Positions 19,901-27,841 of a DNA stretch of 64,000 bases are shown here, one piece after another. Within the stretch, counting starts at the first letter, position 1. Each line of letters starts with the position of its first letter. The notes beneath the pieces are model-generated. The model did no database searches, was not told where the DNA came from, and saw only the letters and a list, made by a program, of their open reading frames with translations. The position numbers and the translations under genes were made by a program. Source of the DNA: an uncultured Clostridia bacterium (GTDB taxonomy: Bacteria > Bacillota > Clostridia > UBA1381); assembly GCA_944391225.1 (NCBI GenBank), contig CALXSS010000003.1, positions 4,715 through 68,714 of the forward strand, written 5' to 3'.

Positions 19901-20021
19901 TAGCGTCCTTGTAGCGGTAATCAGCAGCAACGTCGCTGAAATCAGCTTTAACGCTTACGGCTGAGAACAGTGTCGTCATGAGCATGACAACTGCTACAAA
20001 CAATGAAAATTGTTTTTTCAT
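16956..20021 (-). CDS. Large cell-wall-anchored protein with three N-terminal SLH domains
   Basis: Start moved to MKKQFSLFVAVVMLMTTLFSAVSVKA (ATG 20021, RBS AAAGGAA). SLH repeats FSDVAADYRYKDAITTL...NGTFEPEKDITRAEF and FNDVSADHWANSNIKVAY...FKPDEPVTYEQAL. The remaining ~850 aa carry no domain I recognise. Confidence 0.8.
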   Translation of the reverse strand: MKKQFSLFVAVVMLMTTLFSAVSVKADFSDVAADYRYKDAITTLSKLNVINGYENGTFEPEKDITRAEFTKIIVYMLGYGDLTEPITQFNDVSADHWANSNIKVAYDLGIINGFDEVTFKPDEPVTYEQALKMLVCTLGYQSLAEQSGGYPQGYISQAAALSLTDGVADTAFTDNASRGVVTQIMYNALEVAMYEQTATGWQASDKTLLNDYLGVYVLKGTVVGVEDSTTADCNAKLYTGQMAVKDMYDEEYVIDYTEYTDSYATMSAFLGNTVKVYYRQDKNSDDRWLVEIDNETYSNTEVTVYSYNIDSYSGTSFKYYLDDSSRSQTAKLNSADLTVRYNGRAVTGNVYLGDTAYAPLDALNEWLNPDSDNFIYGTVKLIDSGSKGSYNIVDIYDYDTIVAYKTPSSSDYKITDKTVTGNYIILDPDDVDYKFTITKNDSEIKTTNIAANDVLNYAVSLDGELYTVYDTAKSVTGTITATSIEGSGEKTISIDGTQYRVTERFLKYMQDKEQKEIKTGMSITAYLDILGSLEWGTVSSSTSFYPYAYVIDAVTEGEDYYLRLFAPSNTSITSFSSSTSYKVKTYKLAAKPKLNGSSSNAESILDALAESAETANPDTEIANLDVKLTGYNQLIKVGFNDASEITNVVTINSTDGTVNTDNGNLVRYKAIDPEKKYYVSSTAVKESSTGSTFYSIRSSTPLFVIPKDRTDTDSYSLKSAVTSNSMVSGSSYYVEAFDLNDSKYPSCVLVYNTNFKSGTTITKSTLYRLVADDIEEVYDADEDDVFKNIPTYFSSTSLSNTNISPSANFSDVGMGDIILMGLDSDNYADTYIKVQDYDEIKRILNGETVTYESADGETKTATYYWNETQEQTEDNNWQLYKFDWRYPKASVSEPTDSYFETGGNVTNIFSRAAMFNVIQVLSDDNKIYVTKNGFDESGVLDESEYEEIKVSSSTKYIRYDSAKDEFTPYAEGTDSTNITLTDLKEAKNFGSDCSKVLITYTSSTSSSSSVTPTARLVVIYD

Positions 20022-20129
20022 TAAATCATTCCTTTCTTTTGAGGTATGAGGAATATGCGTTTGGTAAATATTCCACATAGATCCCCTAAAATATACAGCA
20101 ATATCCACACATTGCTGTGACTATTTACT

Positions 20130-20158
20130 ATTATATCATTCTTTTGCCTGCAAGTCAA
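20130..20158 (-). promoter_or_regulatory. Sigma-A-type promoter for the SLH-protein gene (TTGACT-17-TATAAT)
   Basis: Minus strand reads aTTGACTtgcaggcaaaagaatgaTATAATag, about 100 nt upstream of ATG 20021. Confidence 0.55.
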
Positions 20159-20184
20159 TCATAATTTGAGATAAGATACAAGTA

Positions 20185-20228
20185 AAAATTTGTCGAGTTA
20201 TTAATAAAAATTTGTCCTGTTATTAATA
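20185..20228. repeat. Tandem 22-bp direct repeat (2 copies) in the divergent SLH-gene/ftsH control region
   Basis: aaaatttgtcGAgttattaata / aaaatttgtcCTgttattaata. Each unit contains the palindrome TTATTAATAA. Confidence 0.6.
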
Positions 20229-20343
20229 ATCTATTAAAAAGCAGCTAATATAACAAATTTGTGTTGAAATTTTAATTGAAATGTGATACACTTATTAAAT
20301 ATGAAAGCATTTATAATTATTTGCGGCGGAAAGGAATATTGAC

Positions 20344-22341
20344 ATGAATAATAATAAAAAAGGGGTACCTAACGGGTCGCCCATAAAGAATCCGCTCGTC
20401 ATATTTCTGCTGATCTCAATAGTGGCGACGGTGGGACTGAACTTACTGATCTCATCATTTTCATCACCTGATAAAACAGAAGTATCATATGACGAATTTT
20501 TGGGTATGGTAGATAAAAACGAGGTGACTGAGGTAGTTATTAGCTCAGATCAGCTGCTCATATACGGACAGCCTGAGATGACTCCTCAGGAGATACTGGA
20601 TAAATCACAGAATGGTTTTTTGCTGGGTAAGATGACTGATGAAATGGCAGAGGCACAGTCAGAAGCGACAAGACCTGTGTATTATACAGGATACATCGGA
20701 AATGATAAACTGTATGATCTGCTGGATGAAAAAGGCATAAAGTATTATCGCCCAGTACAGTATTCAAACCCGATACTTGACTTTATCCTGACATGGATAC
20801 TGCCGCTTGTATTCGTGTATGTTCTTATGCTGTTCTTTATGCGTCTTATGGCGAAGAAGATGGGAGGAAGCGGCGGTATAATGGGAATAGGCCAGTCTCA
20901 TGCCAAGATGTATAATGTTGAAAATAAAACCGGAGTTACGTTCAACGATGTGGCAGGACAGGAGGAAGCAAAGGAATCTCTTGATGAGATAGTAGATTTC
21001 CTGCACAATCCGGGCAAATATACAGCTATAGGAGCAAAGCAGCCAAAGGGCGCGCTGCTTGTGGGACCTCCGGGAACAGGAAAGACTCTGCTTGCTAAGG
21101 CTGTTGCGGGTGAGGCGAATGTACCGTTTTTCTCGCTTTCAGGCTCTGAATTTGTGGAGATGTTCGTTGGTGTGGGAGCCTCAAGAGTTAGGGATCTGTT
21201 CAAGCAGGCAGCGTCAAAGGCGCCGTGTATAATATTTATAGACGAGATAGATGCGATAGGAAAATCGCGTGACGCGCAGATATCATCAAATGATGAGCGG
21301 GAGCAGACTCTCAACCAGCTGCTTTCTGAAATGGATGGATTTGACTCATCAAAGGGACTGGTGGTGCTCGCCGCTACAAACCGTCCGGAGATACTCGACA
21401 AGGCTCTTCTGCGTCCGGGAAGATTTGACAGGCGTATTATTGTTGAAAAGCCTGATCTCAAGGGCAGAGAGGATATATTAAAGGTCCATATCAAGCATGT
21501 TAAGGTCGCAAGTGATATTGACCTGCATGAGATGGCTCTCGCTACAAGCGGAGCGGTTGGAGCGGATCTTGCCAATATGGTAAATGAAGCGGCGCTGCGA
21601 GCTGTAAGATTCGGACGTCATCTTGTCACGCAAGAGGATCTCATGGAGTCCGTTGAGGTAATAATCGCAGGAAAGGAAAAGAAAGACAGGATACTTTCAC
21701 CTACTGAAAAGCGAATAGTGTCGTTCCACGAGGTCGGTCACGCATTGGCTACCGCGTTGCAGAAGAACACACAGCCGGTTCATAAAATAACTATAGTGCC
21801 AAGGACAATGGGAGCGCTTGGCTATACAATGCAGATGCCTGATGAAGAGGAGAGGTATCTAAACAGCCGTGACGAGCTGCTTGATCAGATAACGGTATTT
21901 CTGGCCGGAAGAGCAGCCGAGGAGATCGTATTCAACACTCAGACTACCGGAGCGGCGAATGATATAGAGCGCGCTACAGATATGGCGAGAAAAATGATAA
22001 CGATGTTTGGTATGTCTGAAAGGTTTGGACTTGTAGGACTTGAAAGCATACAGAACAAGTATCTTGACGGCAGAAGCGTAGCCAATTGCTCAGAGGAGAC
22101 AAAGACGGAGATAGACAAGGAGGTTGTAAGGATCCTAAAAGAACGTTACAATATTGCCAAAAAGCTCCTCAATGAGAACAGAGACGCTCTTGACGAAATA
22201 TCAGAGTTTCTTATTGATAAGGAAACTATTACAGGCGATGAGTTTATGGAGATTTTCAACAAGGTTCGCGAGTCAAGAAAGACAGCGGCTGAAGAAGATG
22301 CCGAGAATAATAGATCAGAAGATATTGATGGCGAACAATGA
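20344..22341 (+). CDS. ftsH: ATP-dependent zinc metalloprotease FtsH
   Basis: Walker A GPPGTGKT, second region of homology, zinc motif HEVGHAL, two N-terminal TM segments. Confidence 0.95.
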   Translation: MNNNKKGVPNGSPIKNPLVIFLLISIVATVGLNLLISSFSSPDKTEVSYDEFLGMVDKNEVTEVVISSDQLLIYGQPEMTPQEILDKSQNGFLLGKMTDEMAEAQSEATRPVYYTGYIGNDKLYDLLDEKGIKYYRPVQYSNPILDFILTWILPLVFVYVLMLFFMRLMAKKMGGSGGIMGIGQSHAKMYNVENKTGVTFNDVAGQEEAKESLDEIVDFLHNPGKYTAIGAKQPKGALLVGPPGTGKTLLAKAVAGEANVPFFSLSGSEFVEMFVGVGASRVRDLFKQAASKAPCIIFIDEIDAIGKSRDAQISSNDEREQTLNQLLSEMDGFDSSKGLVVLAATNRPEILDKALLRPGRFDRRIIVEKPDLKGREDILKVHIKHVKVASDIDLHEMALATSGAVGADLANMVNEAALRAVRFGRHLVTQEDLMESVEVIIAGKEKKDRILSPTEKRIVSFHEVGHALATALQKNTQPVHKITIVPRTMGALGYTMQMPDEEERYLNSRDELLDQITVFLAGRAAEEIVFNTQTTGAANDIERATDMARKMITMFGMSERFGLVGLESIQNKYLDGRSVANCSEETKTEIDKEVVRILKERYNIAKKLLNENRDALDEISEFLIDKETITGDEFMEIFNKVRESRKTAAEEDAENNRSEDIDGEQ

Positions 22342-22347
22342 CGAATG

Positions 22348-22389
22348 CGGACGCGGCGGAGCTTATAAGTTTTGCCGCGTCCGTTTTTT
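22348..22389 (+). terminator. Intrinsic terminator after ftsH
   Basis: CGGACGCGGC-(16 nt)-GCCGCGTCCG followed by TTTTTT. Confidence 0.8.
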
Positions 22390-22403
22390 AGGGAATAATG
22401 CTA

Positions 22404-22432
22404 TTGATTTGAGAAAAAAATTGTGCTATAAT
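22404..22432 (+). promoter_or_regulatory. Sigma-A-type promoter with extended -10 (TTGATT-17-TGcTATAAT)
   Basis: ctaTTGATTtgagaaaaaaattgTGcTATAATat, about 35 nt upstream of the small ORF at 22468. Confidence 0.6.
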
Positions 22433-22467
22433 ATACACGATATGATATATTGAAAGGACTGCCTTTA

Positions 22468-22575
22468 ATGAAATTGATAAAAGGATTTTTTACGTTTATT
22501 ATCTATCTTATAATGTTTCTTCTGGTATGTGTATTTTTCACGGGTAACGGTTCGTTTATATACGAGGCGTTCTGA
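22468..22575 (+). CDS. Candidate 35-aa hydrophobic peptide (first ORF of the lipoprotein operon)
   Basis: My translation: MKLIKGFFTFIIYLIMFLLVCVFFTGNGSFIYEAF. AAAGGA lies 9 nt upstream of the ATG. Below the ORF-track size cut-off. Confidence 0.35.
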   Translation: MKLIKGFFTFIIYLIMFLLVCVFFTGNGSFIYEAF

Positions 22576-22672
22576 TAATGCCGTGCTATACGCGGGTGCT
22601 GATATCGCGGGAGCATCCGCTGATAAAATATTTTAAAAAATATTTTTATGAAATGAAAGGATTATTATTATA

Positions 22673-25609
22673 ATGAAGAGAATAACAGCGGCAGCGGTGG
22701 CGATGGCGATGCTCTTAGGCGGATGCGCATTCAATGGCGGAAACACCTCAGAGGCGCCGGGCGAAACACGCAATATAACAGCGGCAGTAGTGGCAGTACA
22801 GGGCACTGCGGCGGCTGAGGCTGCATACAGTCAGCTCGAGAATGGCATTATGGCTAATATCGATGTGCAGATGCTTACGCCGACTCAGTCTATAAATGGA
22901 AATGATATAATATATCTCAGCTCCAGCGTTAGAAATGAGGAAGGCTTTGATTTTGAGGCTGTGGAGGATTATGTATATAACGGCGGGGCGGTTGTCTTAG
23001 ATAACTCGCTCGTGCTGAATTTCTCCAATGAGTTTTTGGGAGCCTCGGAGCTTGTAAAGCTGGAGGGATGTCCCGATAAAATGAATTATCCTGAGGGCGA
23101 CGGCGATTATAGTAACATACAGGAATTGCTGTACGACTATACGTCTGTGCTCTGCGATTATACTAATTATGAAGAGCTTTGTTCATATCAGTATGGATAC
23201 GGTATGATCCCCTCAACCGCTCAGACAATAGCTGAATATAACGGGACTGCCGTCTATACTGTGAACAGATATGGAAGCGGATATGTATTTTTGACTAATC
23301 CAATGCTGCCAAGCGCTTTTTCTGTTTCGGATCTGGATGAGAATGAAGATGGAGAGCCTTTGGCGTTCACTACCGTTGCGGCAGAGAATATGCTGCGCAG
23401 CTATTATGCGGAGTATGTGTCAAAGAAAAAATACGGGTTTGCTGTGGAGAGGACATTTGGCTCATATGCGACTCGTCCGGCGGCTTGGGAGCTGCACTAT
23501 GAGGATATAACAGGCATACAGAACAATGCGCTTGAGAGGTTTGCGGAAATAGTCATTGAAAAAGGACAGATCCCGTCATATACGCTCGTAAGAAATACTT
23601 ACACATGGTTCAAGAGGGCTGAGAGCGTAACGTATCTGCTTGATGACGGTACCGGTTATAAAAGCGATCCATACGAGGGCGCGTATTGCAGCGGCACGCA
23701 TATCGTGTCCTCCGGCGCGTGGTTAGAGCTTGATTCGTATGACGATACCGAAAGCTATTTTGAAGATGACAAGCAGTATACAAAAAGGGCATATCCTTTC
23801 CCTATAGACTGGAATGAGGATGGAAAGCTGGATTTTATATGCGGCAGCGCGGACGGCAGGTTCTATTATTATGAAGGCTATGGCATGGAGGATAACTATG
23901 AAACCGGTGTTGCAACTATTATAACTGACGGCAGCGGCGATGCTCTTTCTGTAGGCGCATATTCCTCGCCGGTAATATTCGATATTGACGGTGACGGACG
24001 CGGCGAGCTCATATCCGGAAGTGAAAGCGGGGTTATAAAAGCGTTTAGATCACTTAAGACTGATGATAACGATTCATCGTTAGCCTTTGAGTATGTTGGC
24101 GATGTGCTTGATACTGGGCTTACAGACAGTATGATATCGAGCGGTGATATTAACGGCGACGGAGTGACCGATCTGGCGGTGGGTTCGCGCTCGGGAGAGC
24201 TGAGAGTATATTACGGCAGCTCGCCGGATGGATATAATATAGTGTATGGTGATTATGTAAACGTGGCATCAGATGAGGTCTGGGCATCCCCGTGTATATA
24301 TAACGGAAAGCTCTACAGCGGTACTCTTGAGGGATATATAGCCTGCTATGAGTTCAATGGAGAATACTATGAACACACGGGTTATCTTGAGTATGACGAT
24401 GTGTCAAGGCGAGGAAATTCAAGGATAACTATAGGCATGAACAGTGTTCCGCGATTTGCGGATATAAATAATGACGGTATTGATGATATAATATGCGGCA
24501 GTCTTGAATACGGCATGGCATATCCGATAGACAGCCCGTATTTCCCGTATAAGGATCAGCTTAAGGAGCAGGTGCAGTTTTGTAAGGATAATTATTTATA
24601 TCTTGGCGTGCACGGCATGACTCACCGATATGCTACTCCTGAGCATGAGCAGCGCGAGCTGGAATACCATAAACAAGCGTTTGAGGAATATGGCATAGAC
24701 TGGAACGGCAAAGGCATAAATCAGCATACATGGTATACAAGCGGATACGGCTATGACGGGAGCGAGCACGGCGGGTTCAGCGCAGGATATAATGGCTCAT
24801 ACATGGCTCAGTATGATTCGGGTTTGCTCTGGAACAGCGGCTCAATGACGCCAGGAAGCGAGGCAGTGCCACAGACGTGCGCGGAAAATACTCTGCCGTT
24901 GCCTATGTATGTATCAGACAGTGATTTCCTGCTGATGCAGGTGTCTAACACGCCTCATGGAAACGGTGCATACTCCTATGTGAGTGTGAAATATGATATG
25001 CCTATGCTTTTTTATAACCACTGTGATTATGTGTATGATGCTGAGCTGGGCAAGGAACAGCTTGAGATGGCGGACAAGGTAGAGGAGCTTACTGAAAAAT
25101 ATAATTATATGTTCGTGCGCGAGGATCAGATGGCTAAGGCGGCAGCGGCTGTATACAATACGGATATAAAGGCGGAGCTTAAGGATAACGCTATAGTTAT
25201 CAGCGGAAGTGTGCGCGATGAGAGCGCGGGACTGTATGATGAAAGATATGCTGACAGCGTGGGAGTAAAGCTTGTTTTTGCGTATGGCATAAGGGCTGAG
25301 GATTATTCCTCGGATGCTTCTGTGTGGAGAGTAGAAAACGGTTATCTTTACACATCGATAGCTGGAGGCGCTTCAATACGCAGCGGAGTGGCGCAGAATG
25401 AAATACGTATTGAACAAATCAACATACCGGCAGATATAAAGATAAGCAGAAAAAGCGCGGTAATAGATTTCCTTGATGACGGTCTTATGTGTGTGCAGGT
25501 CAAGGGAGATGCCTATACAAGCAGCAAGGGCTGGACAGCTGAACAGAAAAATGGTTCAACTGTATTTACAAAGCACGGCAAGGCGGACAAGCTGAAGATC
25601 AAAAAATAA
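22673..25609 (+). CDS. Large lipoprotein with FG-GAP/VCBS-type repeats; function unknown
   Basis: Lipobox MAMLLGGCAF. Repeats: DWNEDGKLDFICGSADGRFYYY, DIDGDGRGELISGSESG, DINGDGVTDLAVGSRSGELRVYYG, DINNDGIDDIICGS. Confidence 0.7.
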   Translation: MKRITAAAVAMAMLLGGCAFNGGNTSEAPGETRNITAAVVAVQGTAAAEAAYSQLENGIMANIDVQMLTPTQSINGNDIIYLSSSVRNEEGFDFEAVEDYVYNGGAVVLDNSLVLNFSNEFLGASELVKLEGCPDKMNYPEGDGDYSNIQELLYDYTSVLCDYTNYEELCSYQYGYGMIPSTAQTIAEYNGTAVYTVNRYGSGYVFLTNPMLPSAFSVSDLDENEDGEPLAFTTVAAENMLRSYYAEYVSKKKYGFAVERTFGSYATRPAAWELHYEDITGIQNNALERFAEIVIEKGQIPSYTLVRNTYTWFKRAESVTYLLDDGTGYKSDPYEGAYCSGTHIVSSGAWLELDSYDDTESYFEDDKQYTKRAYPFPIDWNEDGKLDFICGSADGRFYYYEGYGMEDNYETGVATIITDGSGDALSVGAYSSPVIFDIDGDGRGELISGSESGVIKAFRSLKTDDNDSSLAFEYVGDVLDTGLTDSMISSGDINGDGVTDLAVGSRSGELRVYYGSSPDGYNIVYGDYVNVASDEVWASPCIYNGKLYSGTLEGYIACYEFNGEYYEHTGYLEYDDVSRRGNSRITIGMNSVPRFADINNDGIDDIICGSLEYGMAYPIDSPYFPYKDQLKEQVQFCKDNYLYLGVHGMTHRYATPEHEQRELEYHKQAFEEYGIDWNGKGINQHTWYTSGYGYDGSEHGGFSAGYNGSYMAQYDSGLLWNSGSMTPGSEAVPQTCAENTLPLPMYVSDSDFLLMQVSNTPHGNGAYSYVSVKYDMPMLFYNHCDYVYDAELGKEQLEMADKVEELTEKYNYMFVREDQMAKAAAAVYNTDIKAELKDNAIVISGSVRDESAGLYDERYADSVGVKLVFAYGIRAEDYSSDASVWRVENGYLYTSIAGGASIRSGVAQNEIRIEQINIPADIKISRKSAVIDFLDDGLMCVQVKGDAYTSSKGWTAEQKNGSTVFTKHGKADKLKIKK

Positions 25610-25695
25610 AACATCAAAAGGGTTTTCTGCTGCTTCATTGATTTTGCAATATTATTTATCTGAAACACAGAGATAGGGCTGCAGCAAAATGGTAT

Positions 25696-25758
25696 AACCC
25701 CCCTTAGAGTAGACACATGAAATAACAAAGGGTATTTCAAATCTATTCTAAGGGGGTT
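25696..25758. repeat. 17-18-bp inverted repeat immediately upstream of the IS orfA fragment
   Basis: aaccccccttagagtaga ...(28 nt)... tctattctaagggggtt, 16 of 17 positions complementary. Confidence 0.6.
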
Positions 25759-25764
25759 TTCTTT

Positions 25765-25911
25765 TTGGATAAATATAGTTATGAATTAAAAATACAGGTA
25801 GTTACCGCCTACAAAAATAAGGAGGGCGGATGCCGTAAACTTGCAAGATGTTTTAATGTATCAATGAGTACAATAACATTGTGGTGCAGAAACTCTATTG
25901 ATATCAAATAA
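25765..25911 (+). mobile_element. Remnant of an IS3-family (IS150-group-like) transposase OrfA: N-terminal HTH only, 48 codons
   Basis: My translation from TTG 25765: LDKYSYELKIQVVTAYKNKEGGCRKLARCFNVSMSTITLWCRNSIDIK*. The pattern DKYSYE.K..VV..Y is typical of IS3 OrfA N-termini. No rest of the transposase follows. Confidence 0.6.
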
Positions 25912-26030
25912 CGCTGAGCAAAATTTAATTTTTCTCCTAACTGCTCGCGTGTCATTCCCTTAGCAATTCTCGCATCTTTTATACCCTTATCTAATGCTCT
26001 GAAATCATATCGCTGTCGTTCTTTTGACAT
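25893..26030 (-). pseudogene. Truncated XRE/Cro-C1-family HTH gene
   Basis: MSKERQRYDFRALDKGIKDARIAKGMTREQLGEKLNFAQRYLISIE is a normal HTH_3 N-terminus. The reading frame then runs antisense into the IS fragment (junction about 25892/25893). Confidence 0.6.
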
Positions 26031-26124
26031 TTTACATCCCCTAATTATATTTTACGCATCAATACATGTTTAATAAATGATATATAATATCAATATTATT
26101 GCATAAGTATATCTCTTAGGAAGC

Positions 26125-26153
26125 TTGACAATAACTATTAATTGTCTTATAAT
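26125..26153 (+). promoter_or_regulatory. Consensus sigma-A promoter (TTGACA-17-TATAAT) facing the kinase pseudogene
   Basis: agcTTGACAataactattaattgtctTATAATtagg. Confidence 0.5.
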
Positions 26154-26169
26154 TAGGATATGTTATTAA

Positions 26170-26630
26170 ACTAATACAGACTCTAAGGTACCTGGTGTTT
26201 TTCTCTTTTACGGCATTTGCTGTGACCTGCTGTTTTTCCGTTATATAGATCTTGATGAAAACACAATTCGTAAAGGCGCACCAATTACATTTTTTAACGT
26301 AATATTTTTAAGCTTTCTTTTTACTATAGTTAATGAAATATATCGTAAAATAATCATAGATCGGCCTGTTAATAGAATATTAAATGCCACTGAGCAAATT
26401 ACAAAAGGTAATTTTACTGTTCGTATAAAGCCAATGCATAAAAAAAACAAATTAATGAATTTGACGAAATAATATTAGCATTTAATAAAATGGCGGCGGA
26501 ACTCTCAGGAGTAGTAACACTCAGAACTGATTTTGTTGCAAACGTATCTCACGAATTAAAAACACCTCTTTCCGTTATTAATAATTACGGGACTTTACTA
26601 CAAGCAGCTGACTTATCCGATGAAAAACGT
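26170..26630 (+). pseudogene. Sensor histidine kinase remnant (TM2 + HAMP + HisKA); N- and C-terminally truncated, frameshifted in an A8 run
   Basis: Frame 1 reads ...ITFFNVIFLSFLFTIVNEIYRKIIIDRPVNRILNATEQITKGNFTVRIKPMHKK. The frame switches at aaaaaaaa (26439-26446) to NEFDEIILAFNKMAAELSGVVTLRTDFVANVSHELKTPLSVINNY. There is no start codon and no HATPase_c domain. Confidence 0.7.
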
Positions 26631-27011
26631 ATTTTTGAATGGTGGTCAGAGTGGAAGCCGGATTATGAGGGCTGGCTCAAATGTGCTGATAGCCTTTATG
26701 CCGATAATTGCATAATAGATGCTATCGGATCCGAACCACAAATATATAAAGATTACCGTGATGCTATGAAATATCAGCGTGATGCTTTTTATATGGATAT
26801 GGGTGCCATTGAAACATACGTTGTAAAAAATGATACGATTGCATTCAATTACAAAATGTATATGACTCAAAAAAACGATATTGGTCAGTTAAAAAAAGGA
26901 GAAACATACGTAATAAAGGTTGCTGGATTTAACAGATTCGCATTGGTGGATGGATATAAAGAACCGATGGTCGTTAATTTACAGCTTATCTCTACCGCTA
27001 TAGGAAATTGA
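26631..27011 (+). other. Unassigned ~127-codon tail fused in frame to the kinase remnant (chimeric ORF 26490-27011)
   Basis: The sequence FEWWSEWKPDYEGWLKCADSLYADNCIID...VNLQLISTAIGN has no kinase features. The HisKA homology stops abruptly near 26630. Confidence 0.4.
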
Positions 27012-27135
27012 TCTTATCTCACGCCTTTGAGCCAACTCGAAAGTTAGACCTCACATCTAACAATTAGTAGTCGGCTTATTTGCCAGGTGACTTTTACTCA
27101 AAATATTTTTTTATTACTCGGACAGAATATAAATA

Positions 27136-27164
27136 TTGACTTCAACATATATCTGTGATATAAT
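27136..27164 (+). promoter_or_regulatory. Sigma-A-type promoter for mntP (TTGACT-17-TATAAT)
   Basis: ataTTGACTtcaacatatatctgtgaTATAATtg, about 85 nt upstream of the mntP ATG. Confidence 0.6.
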
Positions 27165-27247
27165 TGTTTTTACGCATAAACAGAGCCTGATCCGCTCTTA
27201 TTACTTTTATTTTTTTTGCGCTTCTGCGCAGCTGGAGGGTTTTAACA

Positions 27248-27823
27248 ATGTCGATAATTGAACTGCTGCTTATAGCCATCGGTCTTTCTATGGACGCATT
27301 TGCCGTATCCGTATGCAAGGGACTTGCAACTGAACGCGTCACGGGTAAGCATATTTTTTTAGTCGGAATATGGTTCGGAGGCTTTCAGGCGCTAATGCCC
27401 GCAATAGGCTATTTTCTCGGCTCCGCTTTTGAAAGATACATAACCTCGGTAGATCATTGGATAGCATTCGTTCTGCTTGCATTCATAGGCAGCAGCATGA
27501 TCAAGGAAGCGCGCTCGCAGGAGGAGAATGAAGCGAATGATTCGTTCGCTGTAAAAACAATGTTCGCGCTTGCTGTTGCAACCAGCATTGACGCGCTTGC
27601 TGTTGGAATAACCTTTGCATTTCTGATAAAAAATATAACACATCTTATCTTTGCTTTCTCTGCCATAGGAATAACCACCTTTATACTGTCAGCCATAGGA
27701 ATAAAGGTCGGCAACATGTTCGGCGTAAAATACAAGGCTAAAGCAGAGATAGCGGGCGGTGTCATACTTATTCTGATAGGTCTTAAGATACTGCTTGAAC
27801 ACCTTGGCTTGATCAGCTTTTAA
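27248..27823 (+). CDS. mntP: Manganese efflux pump MntP
   Basis: [27 protein letters not shown] plus a second [13 protein letters not shown] repeat, matching the typical two-repeat MntP architecture. Confidence 0.85.
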   Translation: MSIIELLLIAIGLSMDAFAVSVCKGLATERVTGKHIFLVGIWFGGFQALMPAIGYFLGSAFERYITSVDHWIAFVLLAFIGSSMIKEARSQEENEANDSFAVKTMFALAVATSIDALAVGITFAFLIKNITHLIFAFSAIGITTFILSAIGIKVGNMFGVKYKAKAEIAGGVILILIGLKILLEHLGLISF

Positions 27824-27841
27824 GCCTTAAAAGCATATTAT

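Noticed and set aside
20898-21575. 225-aa ORF antisense to ftsH. Comparable long antisense or shadow ORFs occur at 4198-4785, 35446-36045, 47813-48343 and 56826-57560
   Set aside because: They lie entirely inside well-supported genes on the opposite strand, have Ser/Pro/Ala-rich composition typical of antisense frames, and carry no RBS or recognisable motifs.
27165-27247. Possible yybP-ykoY manganese riboswitch upstream of mntP
   Set aside because: The leader is only about 85 nt. I could not find the conserved GGGGAGUAG-type cores or the four-helix architecture. Only two short hairpins are present (GAGC/GCTC and GCGC-ttct-GCGC). A covariance-model scan would settle it.
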